DNA from: an uncultured Methanoregulaceae archaeon
Lineage (GTDB): Archaea > Halobacteriota > Methanomicrobia > Methanomicrobiales > Methanospirillaceae
DNA: 64,000 bases
Direction: 5' to 3'
Assembly: GCA_963717525.1 (NCBI GenBank)
Contig: OY970343.1
Coordinates: forward strand, 832,001 to 896,000
Of this stretch, positions 1 through 9,917 are shown one piece after another. Position numbers and translations under genes: made by a program. Under the pieces are notes generated by a model. It ran no database searches and had not been told where the DNA came from. It saw nothing but the letters and a program-made list of their open reading frames with translations. Positions within the stretch are counted from its first letter, which is position 1, and the number at the start of each line of letters is the position of its first letter.

Positions 1-1
1 T

Positions 2-682
2 GTTATTTTCTACGACCAGCTGCCCGGCGAGGAGATCCTTATGTCCCTCCCCAAAAAAGCCGAGAAGATCGACTGCGGGAAGTACGGTGGCCACCATACT
101 CTCGAACAGCGCGAGATCGAGGCCCTGATGATAGACCGGGCAAAAAAAGGCCTGACAATTGTCCGGCTCAAGGGAGGTGACCCGTTCCTCTTCGGACGCG
201 GGGGGGAGGAACTGGAGGCGGTCCGGGCCGCCGGCATCGCAGTCGAGATGGTGCCGGGGATCTCCAGCGCGCTTGCGGTCCCCGCCTCGGTGGGGATCCC
301 GGTCACGCACCGGAAGTATGCCTCGCAGGTGACCATCCTGACCGGCCACGAGGACCCTGCAAAACCCTCATCAGCGCTTGACTGGAAACTGCTCGCACAG
401 GGCCGGGGTACGATCGTGATCCTGATGGGAGTGGCAAATCTTACAAACATTGCCCGGGCCCTCGTTGATCACGGCAAAAACCCGGAAACGCCGGTCGCCA
501 TTATTGAACGTGGATTGCGGAAAGGCCGCCGGGTCACCACAGGCCCGCTCACAGAGATCGGGGAGATGGCCAAAAATGCCGGCGTGAAGCCGCCCGCAGT
601 GATCGTGATCGGTGACGTGGTCCGGTTATACGATCCCGGACAACCGGACCTCATCCCGCCTGAGGTGACAGAAGATGCTTGA
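2..682 (+). CDS. cobA: Uroporphyrinogen-III C-methyltransferase, 5'-truncated by the window edge
   Basis: Frame is open from base 2 (VIFYDQLPGEEIL...). Motifs VRLKGGDPFLFGRGGEE, VPGISSA and ILMGV are typical of SUMT/CobA. Confidence 0.93.
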   Translation, partial: VIFYDQLPGEEILMSLPKKAEKIDCGKYGGHHTLEQREIEALMIDRAKKGLTIVRLKGGDPFLFGRGGEELEAVRAAGIAVEMVPGISSALAVPASVGIPVTHRKYASQVTILTGHEDPAKPSSALDWKLLAQGRGTIVILMGVANLTNIARALVDHGKNPETPVAIIERGLRKGRRVTTGPLTEIGEMAKNAGVKPPAVIVIGDVVRLYDPGQPDLIPPEVTEDA

Positions 683-1124
683 AGAGATCAACAAGTTTGA
701 ACGCGTGGTCTATACGTTCCTCATCATCCTGCTCGCTGCAGTGCTCATCTTTGCGATCTGTGAGCTGGTCTGGCTGTTTATCGAAGGCCTGCTCAACCTG
801 CCGAAGGGGCTGCTGGATAACGGCGAACTGGTCGGTTTACTGGGCTCGTTCCTGCTCGTGCTCATCATAGTGGAACTGCTGGATACGATGAAGGCATATA
901 TCACCGAGAACGTGATCCATGTGGAAATTGTGGTGCTCCTTGCGATCATCGCGATCGCGCGGAAGGTGATCCTACTCGATCCGACGGCCGCGGATGCGGG
1001 AGAGCTGATCGGGATCGGTATCATTATTGTCGGGCTTGCGGCAGCGTACTACCTGATCAAGAAAGCCGGTATCGTGATCGGAACTGAAAAGCAGCCCAAA
1101 GAAACACCCTCTGGCAAAGAGTAA
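675..1124 (+). CDS. Phosphate-starvation-inducible PsiE-like membrane protein
   Basis: Four hydrophobic segments; ELLDTMKAY and IIAIARKVIL match the PsiE/DUF373-type pattern. Start overlaps the cobA stop. Confidence 0.75.
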   Translation: MLEEINKFERVVYTFLIILLAAVLIFAICELVWLFIEGLLNLPKGLLDNGELVGLLGSFLLVLIIVELLDTMKAYITENVIHVEIVVLLAIIAIARKVILLDPTAADAGELIGIGIIIVGLAAAYYLIKKAGIVIGTEKQPKETPSGKE

Positions 1125-1321
1125 CGATCTCCTGCCGGAGTTATCACGGTTGTACCTTTTTTGTTCATTGAAGTCGTTTTGTCCCATCTATTGGCTTTGG
1201 GACATTCACGTCTTATCACAAGTGGTACTGGGGTGATCCTGAATACTGGACAGGTGTCACGCAGCCCTTGGAGCATCAGGGAACACCGGAACGAAATGGC
1301 AAAACCCGGTGAACGGGGTGG

Positions 1322-2413
1322 TCAGTTCACAGGGGACACAGATTTTCCGCTGAACCGGTAGCAGCCTTCGGGCACCCCGATCTCAAAGCGCACGCCATTC
1401 CCGTACGTCCCGCATTCCCGGATCGAGAGCCCGGTAATGGAGAGGATCTCACGGCTGATGAACAGCCCGAGCCCGGTGTTTTTCCCAAAGCCCTTTTCAA
1501 AGATCCTCTCCTTCTCTGCATCGGTAACCCCGACACCGTCATCGTGGTAGATAAGAATCAGTCCCGGGCTGTGTTTCTCGTGCGTTACCGTGATTTGCCT
1601 GACATGTTCGCCATGCCGGAGCGAGTTATCCACCAGGTTCTCGAACACTTTTTCGAGCAGCGGATCGGCATAGACTTCGAGATCGCCGGTGGAAATCACA
1701 AGATCGATACCGGCAGGGCCGGTCACCGGTGAGATGAGGGCCATAAACTTCGCCACGTTCTGCCATTGCGGGACTTTCACACCGATGTCCTCGTAGGTCC
1801 GGGTAAACTCGATCTGGCGCAGGATGTTATTCGCCACTATCTCTTCTTTGTCCATGGTTATTTTCAATTCGGGGTTCTGCACACTCATCTTGGAAATCTC
1901 GATGTACGCCAGGAGGGCCGTCAGCTGGTTCCTGATATCGTGCCGGGTGATGCCGGAGAGCAGGTTCAGCTTCTTGTTTGCGGTAATGAAGGCTTTCCGG
2001 GAGGTGTCAAGCTGCAGGTTTACGTCCTTTAACTCGCGGTTCTGCACGAGCACCCGGTCATGATATCCCGTCATCTTCTCAACGATCTTCCAGATCACAA
2101 CCGCAACGATGACAAGCATCAGGGCCCGGAGGATCGCATCGTAAGGGATGGTCCCGGGTTCGAGAAGCCAGCTTATGGCAACCTGGAGGCCGCCAAAGAA
2201 AAGGGCTATCCCAACGGCCGTTCTGCCGTACCAGAGCCCGGCAACCACGACGATCAGGTAGTAAAACTGCGTATACACGATGGTGATGTGGTATGTATAG
2301 TGGACGATGCATTCAAGAAAGACGCCTATGAAGAAAAGAAGAACAAGAACCAAAAATTTCAGTCGTTCCGGGACGTCATACACGGTGTCAGGTGAATTGA
2401 AGTCGTTCAACAC
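1322..2413 (-). CDS. Membrane-bound sensor histidine kinase
   Basis: About 4 N-terminal TM helices, H-box RHDIRNQL, N-box FENLVDNSLRHG, G-boxes DDGVG and GFGKNTGLGL. Confidence 0.92.
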   Translation of the reverse strand: MLNDFNSPDTVYDVPERLKFLVLVLLFFIGVFLECIVHYTYHITIVYTQFYYLIVVVAGLWYGRTAVGIALFFGGLQVAISWLLEPGTIPYDAILRALMLVIVAVVIWKIVEKMTGYHDRVLVQNRELKDVNLQLDTSRKAFITANKKLNLLSGITRHDIRNQLTALLAYIEISKMSVQNPELKITMDKEEIVANNILRQIEFTRTYEDIGVKVPQWQNVAKFMALISPVTGPAGIDLVISTGDLEVYADPLLEKVFENLVDNSLRHGEHVRQITVTHEKHSPGLILIYHDDGVGVTDAEKERIFEKGFGKNTGLGLFISREILSITGLSIRECGTYGNGVRFEIGVPEGCYRFSGKSVSPVN

Positions 2414-2838
2414 ATCCTCTCCGATAGTAAATCTTACAGATTATGTCACGGACGTGCCATATATACTTCTTGCCGGGAAGAGGGATTTCAGTACGGAAAT
2501 CTGTGAGACCCTCTTCCCGAAAAAAGGCGAAAGATACTATCCGGCGATGGAACCGTACAGTCTTTGTCCAATGAACCGAGTCATTTTTGCCACCAGCAGA
2601 ATACCGTTAAAGGGAAAATGCATCTCTTTCATAATTGAAAATTTTCACAAAATACGCATTTATACAGGGATTATGCCGGTGGTGGACACCTTCCCCGTCC
2701 GGGCCTGTCCACCGGCCCGTAGCCCTGGCAAAAAGAGGTAGGACCGAGCCCAGATTTCCTGGTATAACGTCTCTTCCTGAGGGAGGACTACGGGGTGTTA
2801 ACAAGCATTAATACATTACCACAACAAAAATTGTGCAA

Positions 2839-3381
2839 ATGGGCGACACAATGCCTGCCGGTGGTCCGACGCAGGACGAGATCATGGCGGTCTCTTTATT
2901 CAAGATGGGTATCACAGCGAACGATACTGTTCTCGACCTCGGTTGCGGAACCGGCAAGGTCTCGATTGCTGCTGCCGGCCGTGCGAAAAAGGTCTACGCA
3001 ATTGACCGGCGCCCGGAGGCAATTGCGTACGCAACAAAAGCGGCTGCCGGGGCTGGTGTAAAAAATATTGAATTTTTCTGCGGGGAGGCAGCAGATTTTC
3101 TTGTCTCGGCCCCGGTTGTTGACTGCGCTTTTGTTGGCGGCTCGCAGCAGATCGAAACGATCCTGCCAGTCCTTGCAACAAAAGTCCGGCGGGTAATCGT
3201 AGTAAACGTTGTTCTGCTCAGCACCCTTACTGTCGTTACCGCGACAATGCAGTCCCTTGGGATCTTCCGCGAGGCCCTGCACGTGCAGGTCTCCCGCTCG
3301 CATGCACTTGGGAAAAGCGTGATGTTCAAACCGATTGACCCGGTGTATATTATTGTCGGGGCGGGTGCCGCATGCTCGTAG
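2839..3381 (+). CDS. cbiT: Cobalt-precorrin-6B C15-methyltransferase (decarboxylating)
   Basis: GGPTQDEIMAV N-terminus and SAM motif VLDLGCGTG; first gene of the cbi operon. Start may be 2839 or 2851. Confidence 0.88.
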   Translation: MGDTMPAGGPTQDEIMAVSLFKMGITANDTVLDLGCGTGKVSIAAAGRAKKVYAIDRRPEAIAYATKAAAGAGVKNIEFFCGEAADFLVSAPVVDCAFVGGSQQIETILPVLATKVRRVIVVNVVLLSTLTVVTATMQSLGIFREALHVQVSRSHALGKSVMFKPIDPVYIIVGAGAACS

Positions 3382-3977
3382 GCCTTGGACTTGGCCCGGG
3401 AAACCCCGAACTCTTAACCCTCCGGGCCATACGGCTCCTCAGGGAAGCCGACACCGTCTTTGTGCCGGGCCGGATCGCAGCAGATCTCGTCGCACCGTAC
3501 CGTGAGCCGGTAATGCTCGAATTTCCCATGACCGATGACGAGCGCCGGATACGGGCATGCCTCGAATCCAACGCGGAGAAGATCGCCCCGGTCGCGGAGA
3601 ACGGCCTTGCGGTCTTCGGGATCCTTGGCGACCCGAACTTTTTCTCCACGTTCTCGCGCCTCTGCGGGATCCTTGCAGAGCACCACCCGAGGATAGAGTG
3701 CAGGACCGAGCCCGGGATCAGCTCGATCACGGCCTTTGCCGCCGCGGCGAATGTCCCTCTGGGCGGAGGGTTTGTGGTCTCTGACGGCGCTGATCCTTCA
3801 GCCCTGATCCGGCTCAAAGCCCGGCACCCGAAGAAGCTCATTGCGGGCCTCAAAAAGGAGGGATACCGGGAGTTTGTGCTCGTCGAGCGGATGTTTTTTC
3901 CCGATATGAAGGTGTACCGGGGCGACGAGATCCCGGAGAAGAGCGATTACATGAGCGTGCTGTACGCGAGGCGCTGA
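3372..3977 (+). CDS. cbiL: Cobalt-factor II C20-methyltransferase
   Basis: GLGPGNPELLTLRA, EFPMT, LGDPNFFSTF, PGISS. Confidence 0.9.
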   Translation: MLVGLGLGPGNPELLTLRAIRLLREADTVFVPGRIAADLVAPYREPVMLEFPMTDDERRIRACLESNAEKIAPVAENGLAVFGILGDPNFFSTFSRLCGILAEHHPRIECRTEPGISSITAFAAAANVPLGGGFVVSDGADPSALIRLKARHPKKLIAGLKKEGYREFVLVERMFFPDMKVYRGDEIPEKSDYMSVLYARR

Positions 3978-3978
3978 T

Positions 3979-4726
3979 ATGACCGTGAAAAAAAAATCCG
4001 CAGGATCCGGGGCGAAGGTCTGGTTTGTGGGCGCCGGGCCCGGCGATCCCGGTCTCATCACGGTCAAGGGGCAGGAACTCGTAAACACGGCCGATGTCCT
4101 GATCTATGCAGGATCACTTGTCAACCCAATACTCGTGGAACGATCGCGTGCTGCCATAAAAAAAGACAGCTGGGGCATGCACCTTAACGAGATGGTCGAT
4201 GCACTGGAGGAGTACGCGAAGGCCGGGAAAAAGGCAGTGCGCCTCCACTCGGGTGACCCTGCACTCTATGGCGCGATCGTTGAGCAGATGGAGAGGCTTG
4301 AAGAGCGGGGTGTTGACGTGGAGGTTGTGCCCGGTGTTTCATCCCTCTTTGCCGCTGCGGCTGCGCTCAGAACCCAGCTGAACGCTCCGGGGTGTCTCTG
4401 AGTCGGTGATTGTTACCCGGCCGGCCGGAAAGACCCTGAAAAAAGATCAGATCAGGGAGTTCTCGCTTCTTGGTTCGACCATGGTCATCTTTCTGGGGAC
4501 AGAAAAACTCGAAGAGATCACCGGAAAACTCGCCTGCCCGAAAGACACCCCGGCAGCGGTGGTGTACCATGCCTCGTGGCCGGACCAGAAGATCGTCAGG
4601 GGCACAGTCGCCGATATCGCGGCAAAGGCACGCGAGGCCGGGATCGAACACACTGCCCTGCTTCTGGTGGGTGGGGTTGTAGGCACGAAAAAAGAGGGGC
4701 ACGTCACCTCGTACCTCTATTCATGA
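3979..4726 (+). CDS. cbiF: Cobalt-precorrin-4 C11-methyltransferase (one extra base near 4381 splits the ORF)
   Basis: GAGPGDPGLITVKG, YAGSLVNP, RLHSGDP. Removing one A at about 4381 gives ...RTQLTLRGVSESVIVTRPAG... continuing to ASWPDQ and SYLYS. Confidence 0.9.
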
Positions 4727-5595
4727 CCAGAACCGTTGTTGTCGCTCCTGGCCGCTTCCTGCCGGATGCCCGGAGGATCGCGGAATTCCTTGATGGAGAT
4801 GTTATGGAATACCGCGCCGGTATCTTTGCCGACATCTACCCGGAAGTCTCCCGGATCGTTGCGGTGATGTCCATGGGCATCGTGGTCCGGGGCGTCGCCC
4901 CGCTTCTCAAAGACAAGTGGACCGACCCGGCCGTTGTTGTGGTCACCCCGGATTTTTCCTACGTGGTGCCGGTGCTCGGCGGCCACCATGGGGCAAACGA
5001 ACTCGCAAAGGAACTCGCCGGCCTCGGGCTTGTACCGGTCATCTCCACGGCCACCGAAGCGACCGGCCGGGATTCGGTTGAAGGGATTGCAACCCGCACT
5101 GGCAGCGATATCGTGAACCGCGATTCGACCCGTGCGGTTAATGCCGGGATACTGGACGGGACGACAAAAGTCTATGCGGTGCCCGGCCCCGGGATCGTCC
5201 TTACCGGGCCGGATGTCTCGATCCTTGTGCGCCGGGGCGAGTACGCGGTTGGCATCGGCTGCCGGAAAGGGGTCACCCACGGGGAGGTAGCCCGGGCACT
5301 GGAAGAGGCGCTCGCTGAGGCCGGGATCACCGGGGACGAAGTCATGATCTATGCGACCACCGCAAAGAAATGCGGCGAGGCCGGACTCTGCGATGCGATT
5401 GCCGGGATCCCTGCCAATTTAATATTCCTGGATGATGACACTATTAACGCGCAGGTGCCCGAAACACCGTCGAGGGCAAAGAAGATCGGCCTTGTCGGGG
5501 TTGCCGAACCGTGTGCGCTTGCGGTATCAAAACACCGGGAACTGATCATGAGAAAGAAGGTTTTTTCAAAGGTGACCATTGCCATCGCCCGCTGA
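4723..5595 (+). CDS. cbiG: Cobalt-precorrin-5A hydrolase
   Basis: GIVVR, DKWTDPAVVV, LGGHHGANELA, GIGCRKG, GVAEPCA. ATG at 4723 overlaps the cbiF stop (ATGA). Confidence 0.92.
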   Translation: MTRTVVVAPGRFLPDARRIAEFLDGDVMEYRAGIFADIYPEVSRIVAVMSMGIVVRGVAPLLKDKWTDPAVVVVTPDFSYVVPVLGGHHGANELAKELAGLGLVPVISTATEATGRDSVEGIATRTGSDIVNRDSTRAVNAGILDGTTKVYAVPGPGIVLTGPDVSILVRRGEYAVGIGCRKGVTHGEVARALEEALAEAGITGDEVMIYATTAKKCGEAGLCDAIAGIPANLIFLDDDTINAQVPETPSRAKKIGLVGVAEPCALAVSKHRELIMRKKVFSKVTIAIAR

Positions 5596-6367
5596 ACGCC
5601 CGTCAAACGGCCTCTGGATTGTGGGGATCGGTCCCGGACGTAACGAATATATGACCGGCCGGGCGGCCGACGTGATCTCACGTTCGGAGTACGTCATCGG
5701 AAACGACAGTTACCTTGATTCCATACGGCCGCTGCTTGAGGGAAAGCAGGTGATCCGGAGCTCGATGGGAAAGGAGATCGAACGGGCGAAGAAGGCCATC
5801 GAGCTTGCACAGTCCCACACAGTTTCGATCGTTTCCGGTGGCGACGCCGGCGTCTACGGTATGGCCGGTATCGTGCTTGAGGTGCTCGAACATTCTAAAG
5901 AGAAGATCCCGGTGGAGATCGTTCCTGGCGTGACCGCAGCAAATGCCGCTGCATCCCTCATCGGGTCTCCCCTCTCCGGGGATTTTGCAGTCATCTCCCT
6001 TTCGGACCTTCTCACCCCCCTTGAGGTGATTGAGCGCAGGCTCGACGCGGTCTTTTCAGTAGGGATCCCGGTGGTGATTTACAACCCCCGGAGTCACGGT
6101 CGCCCGCATAACTTTGCGCTTGCGATCGAGCATGCCCGGAAATTCTACCCGCCAACCGTGCCGGTTGCAGTCGTCAAAAATGCCCTCCGGGAAGGTCAGG
6201 CAGATCCGCTGATCGTGACATTGGGGGAGATCGAGCATATCATGGAGGACGTCGATATGCACACGACGGTTATTATAGGTGGGAGCGAGAGCAGGATATG
6301 GAGGATGGGTAACGATGTCAAAGGAATCATCACGCCACGCGGGTACCACCGCAAGTACGTATATTGA
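5579..6367 (+). CDS. cbiH: Cobalt-precorrin-3 C17-methyltransferase
   Basis: VGIGPG, SGGDAGVYGMAG, DFAVISLSDLLTP, YNPRS, DMHTTVIIG, TPRGY. Start codon uncertain (TTG). Confidence 0.92.
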   Translation: MPSPAERPSNGLWIVGIGPGRNEYMTGRAADVISRSEYVIGNDSYLDSIRPLLEGKQVIRSSMGKEIERAKKAIELAQSHTVSIVSGGDAGVYGMAGIVLEVLEHSKEKIPVEIVPGVTAANAAASLIGSPLSGDFAVISLSDLLTPLEVIERRLDAVFSVGIPVVIYNPRSHGRPHNFALAIEHARKFYPPTVPVAVVKNALREGQADPLIVTLGEIEHIMEDVDMHTTVIIGGSESRIWRMGNDVKGIITPRGYHRKYVY

Positions 6368-6980
6368 CCCGGGGGCGACCACCCCGGAGGCCTACGAGAT
6401 CTCAAAGACCTCCCGGGTGCTCGCAAGGAAGATGGTCGGGGACCAGACCCCTGACGACCGGGTCCGCCAGCGCTGCTCGGTCGCGGTCGGCGACTTTGCG
6501 ATGGCCGGCCTGCTCAGGTTCAACAATGACCCGGTGACGGCAGCGCTTGGGGCGCTCAAAGGCCATGCCCCGGTCATCACTGACATCCGGATGGTTCAGG
6601 TAGGCATCCAGAAGAAAGGGCACCACTCTGAAATTCTCTGTGCACTCGATTTCGGCGACGGGATCTCACGCGATCGGGGGATCACGCGGAGTTCCGCCGG
6701 GTTTATAGCGCTCCGGGACCGGGTTGCGGGATCCATTGTGGTGATCGGGAACGCACCCTCCGCGCTGCTCACGGTCTGCGCCATGATCAAAGAAGGGATA
6801 CGGCCGGCGGTTGTGATCGGTACACCGGTCGGTTTTGTCAACGCAGCGGAATCAAAATCCCTCCTGCGGACGCTTGACATCCCTTCCATCTCCACCGAAG
6901 GGACCCGGGGCGGTACTCCGGTAGCGGTTGCTGCCATCAACGAATGCATTACTCTTCTCATCGAGGGATCGGGGGCATGA
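6315..6980 (+). CDS. cbiC: Cobalt-precorrin-8 methylmutase
   Basis: ITDIRMV, VIGNAPSAL, PVGFVNAAESK, RGGTPVAVAAIN. The ATG at 6315 follows a GGAGG. Confidence 0.9.
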   Translation: MSKESSRHAGTTASTYIDPGATTPEAYEISKTSRVLARKMVGDQTPDDRVRQRCSVAVGDFAMAGLLRFNNDPVTAALGALKGHAPVITDIRMVQVGIQKKGHHSEILCALDFGDGISRDRGITRSSAGFIALRDRVAGSIVVIGNAPSALLTVCAMIKEGIRPAVVIGTPVGFVNAAESKSLLRTLDIPSISTEGTRGGTPVAVAAINECITLLIEGSGA

Positions 6981-7981
6981 GGGACCCGGTCACCGGTTTT
7001 TTGTACCCTGCCAAGTGGGTGGAGAAGGCGTCCGATCCGGCCGGCCTTGCGCTGGTCGCTGACGGCTTTGCAGTGCTCACTGCTTCAGGTGCGATCCTCC
7101 GGCGGGGGTACACGACCGGGACCACGGCAGCAGCCGCGTGCAAGGCAGCGATCCTCTCCCTTTCTGGTGACATAGCCAAGGTCAGCATAAAACTCCCCTG
7201 CGGCCTTGTGGCCGATCTTCCGGTTGCGGCCCGGGCGGGGCGGGCATCGTGCAGGAAATATGCCGGCGATTATCCCTCGGATGTAACGGCCGGTATCGAG
7301 TTTGTGGCGGAGGCGGTAATGGCACAGGACGGCCTCTCGCTTGTGCCGGGACCGGGGATCGGCAGGTTTTTCCGTGATACACCACGGTACAAAAAGGGGG
7401 CACCAGCGATCAGCGAGATTCCGCTTACCTGTATCCTCGCTTCCATGGAAGAAGCCCTCGATCTGACCGGCCTGTCCGGTGCGACGGTCTCGCTCTCGAT
7501 CCCGGAGGGTGAAAAGATCGCGAGAAAGACCCTCAACCCCCGGGTCGGAATTGAAGGAGGGATCTCGGTGCTGGGATCAACCGGGCTTGTCGAGCCTTGG
7601 GACGATCATCTTGAAGAGTCTGTTCAGGCCCGGGTTGCAGGATCGACGAATGTTGTTGTCACGACCGGCCGGGTCGGGCTCCGGTATGCCCGCATGCTCT
7701 TCCCTGACCGCGAGGTCGTGCTTGCCGGGGGAAGGATTGGCGAAGCGTTATCTGCCGCGGAGGGAGAGGTGACCCTCTGCGGCCTCCCAGCCCTGATCTT
7801 AAAATATATCGAACCGCATATCCTGGATCAGACCGGGTTCGCGACCGTGGAAGAACTGGCAGCATCGCCGGCGTTTTTACCGGTCGTCGGGCCAATCCTT
7901 GCAGAATACAGAAAAGTGCACCCGGGAATCCAGGTAGTCCTGGTGAACCGGGACGGGGAGATTATCGCGGAGAGTCCATGA
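6977..7981 (+). CDS. cbiD: Cobalt-precorrin-5B C1-methyltransferase
   Basis: LRRGYTTGTTAAAA, KYAGDYPSDVT, KTLNPRVGIEGGISVLGSTG. ATGA overlap with cbiC. Confidence 0.93.
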   Translation: MRDPVTGFLYPAKWVEKASDPAGLALVADGFAVLTASGAILRRGYTTGTTAAAACKAAILSLSGDIAKVSIKLPCGLVADLPVAARAGRASCRKYAGDYPSDVTAGIEFVAEAVMAQDGLSLVPGPGIGRFFRDTPRYKKGAPAISEIPLTCILASMEEALDLTGLSGATVSLSIPEGEKIARKTLNPRVGIEGGISVLGSTGLVEPWDDHLEESVQARVAGSTNVVVTTGRVGLRYARMLFPDREVVLAGGRIGEALSAAEGEVTLCGLPALILKYIEPHILDQTGFATVEELAASPAFLPVVGPILAEYRKVHPGIQVVLVNRDGEIIAESP

Positions 7982-8583
7982 AGATCGTCGGAGTCGGGTG
8001 CGGGCCGGGCATGGTCACGGAACAGGCAGCACAGGTAATCCGGTCGGCCCGGTTCATCTATGGTTCCAGCCGGGCCATAGGGCTGGTGAAAAAACTGATC
8101 CCGGATAACTGCACCGTGCGCTCCATCAGCGATTTCCGGAACCTCTCGCAGCTGCCCGAGAATGCGGTCGTGCTCTCGACCGGGGACCCGATGCTCGCCG
8201 GCCTCGGATACCTGCCCGGTGAAGTTGTGCCCGGTATCTCATCTCTCCAGATCGCAGCTGCCCGGCTTCACATCTCCCTTTCCCGGATTACCATAATCAT
8301 AGCCCACGGCAGGGGGTATGATCGCGCGATGCAGGAGACCATTGATGAGCTCCGGCGGGAAAAGATTGTCTTTCTTATCGCGGATCCCAAGTTCAACGTA
8401 ACAGAACTTTACCGGCGCCTCGGCGCGATGGAGATTTCTGCCCCGGTCAGGATCGCGGTCTGCGAGAACCTCGGGTATCCTGACGAAGAGATCCTGACCG
8501 GTGACCTTGCCTCCCCTCCGCTGCCTCATGCGGATCTTTATTCTCTTGTGATCGGGCAGTTTGAGGGCTCCGGCAGGCAGTGA
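7978..8583 (+). CDS. cbiE: Cobalt-precorrin-7 C5-methyltransferase
   Basis: IVGVGCGPG, LSTGDPMLAGLG, PGISSLQ, ENLGYPDEEI. Confidence 0.9.
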   Translation: MKIVGVGCGPGMVTEQAAQVIRSARFIYGSSRAIGLVKKLIPDNCTVRSISDFRNLSQLPENAVVLSTGDPMLAGLGYLPGEVVPGISSLQIAAARLHISLSRITIIIAHGRGYDRAMQETIDELRREKIVFLIADPKFNVTELYRRLGAMEISAPVRIAVCENLGYPDEEILTGDLASPPLPHADLYSLVIGQFEGSGRQ

Positions 8584-8709
8584 TGACCAGAAAGACAGCA
8601 TTTTTTTACTGACCGGATGCTTTGGACAGGGAACGGTGCAGGCCGGGCAACAGATGCGACTCGTTCCCGGGGTGATGCCTATTTACCTGAAATACCTATA
8701 TGAACTGGT

Positions 8710-8880
8710 ATGAAGGTCCAGGATCTCAGAACCCCGAAGATTAAAGGAATACTTCTTGGGATCATCGTCACGGTCATCGTGGCGGTGATCGGCACACCCC
8801 CGGCATTTGCCCTGGTGGTGGGGATCATTTTTGGGTACGTGGCGTATTTTATCCTCAACGATGCGAAAAAAGCAAAATAA
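8710..8880 (+). CDS. Small two-TM membrane protein, 56 aa (below the ORF-track cutoff)
   Basis: Manual translation: MKVQDLRTPKIKGILLGIIVTVIVAVIGTPPAFALVVGIIFGYVAYFILNDAKKAK. Helical hairpin with basic ends. Confidence 0.7.
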   Translation: MKVQDLRTPKIKGILLGIIVTVIVAVIGTPPAFALVVGIIFGYVAYFILNDAKKAK

Positions 8881-8980
8881 GAAAGATCGGCTGCTTTAAG
8901 GAACAGGAATACAAGCTATTTTTAATCGCCAAAAACTCTTTTACGGGCAGGAATCATACCCTACTTTTAAGGAGTCTCGT

Positions 8981-9175
8981 ATGAGTTCAGCGAAATCGTC
9001 GTCAACAATTTCGAAAACCCAGCTCGACTACCTGTTCTTTATTATTGGTCTTGTCCTGCTAATCATCCCGGAGCTTAATGGCCTGGATTTCCTCCCCGTC
9101 GGGATCCGGGCGTATTTTGCCCTCTTCTTTTACCCGGGGATCGTCTGTGTTATCATTGGGTACATACTGAAATAA
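8981..9175 (+). CDS. Small two-TM membrane protein, 64 aa
   Basis: ATG preceded by AAGGAG; two hydrophobic segments. Confidence 0.7.
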   Translation: MSSAKSSSTISKTQLDYLFFIIGLVLLIIPELNGLDFLPVGIRAYFALFFYPGIVCVIIGYILK

Positions 9176-9212
9176 AAAAGAAGCCTGGAAAAAAGGGGAC
9201 GCCGGAAAAAAG

Positions 9213-9758
9213 TTACGTCTTTCCGCCGACCTTCTCCTCTTTCTTCTCAGCCGGGGGCTTTTTTTCGATCTTGATCTCGCACTGACGGTCCCCGGTGCAC
9301 ATTGTGCGCACGAACCGGGCCGAATAATCCTTGTTGAGGAGCGGGACCGCACTAAGGGTGAGTGCCATGCACCGTGAAAATACATGCTCGTGTTCGGTGG
9401 CGAGCGTGTGACCGTGGATCAGGAACGGGCAGCGTTTGACCAGTATCACCGCATTGTCACCGGCGAGCTCGATAACCTCGCCACCATACTCCGGCCCAAA
9501 GAGGATGATGGTGGCACTCTGGATGCTCCGCGCGATTTCCCGGGCATCCTTCACCGGGAGGAAGCAGTCGTGGACGACATCCCGGAGCATGCAGGCGATC
9601 TCCATCCAGATCTCCTGCTCCAGCGCATCGTACTTGTTCCCGAGGGCCCCGCGGAACGCGATCTCATAGAGTGCCGGGAGTTTTGCGGCACATTCTGCGG
9701 CACACTTCCAGCGAACGTTATCGGGGATGTCCTTCAGGTCCGGCATAATGTTCCTCAC
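9213..9758 (-). CDS. Hypothetical protein with a V4R/4VR-like Cys-containing ligand-binding fold
   Basis: Pattern VKRCPF...SRC...TMCTGDRQCE resembles V4R-type domains; Lys/Glu-rich tail. Confidence 0.55.
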   Translation of the reverse strand: MRNIMPDLKDIPDNVRWKCAAECAAKLPALYEIAFRGALGNKYDALEQEIWMEIACMLRDVVHDCFLPVKDAREIARSIQSATIILFGPEYGGEVIELAGDNAVILVKRCPFLIHGHTLATEHEHVFSRCMALTLSAVPLLNKDYSARFVRTMCTGDRQCEIKIEKKPPAEKKEEKVGGKT

Positions 9759-9917
9759 GGAGATGTGGGAAATGGAATCATATCAATATGGTGATGGGGG
9801 CAGCACCCGGACGAAGCACAGTATCGTGATTGGGTACACAATCTTCCTCATATACCCCGGGAGAGGACAACGGTCCGGTTCCTGAACATGCCGGGAGATC
9901 CCTGCAACACCGGCACG

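Noticed and set aside
2660..2830. Canonical cobalamin riboswitch before cbiT
   Set aside because: No AGGGAA, GCCACTG/GGGAAG or B12-box consensus; kept only as an unclassified structured region.
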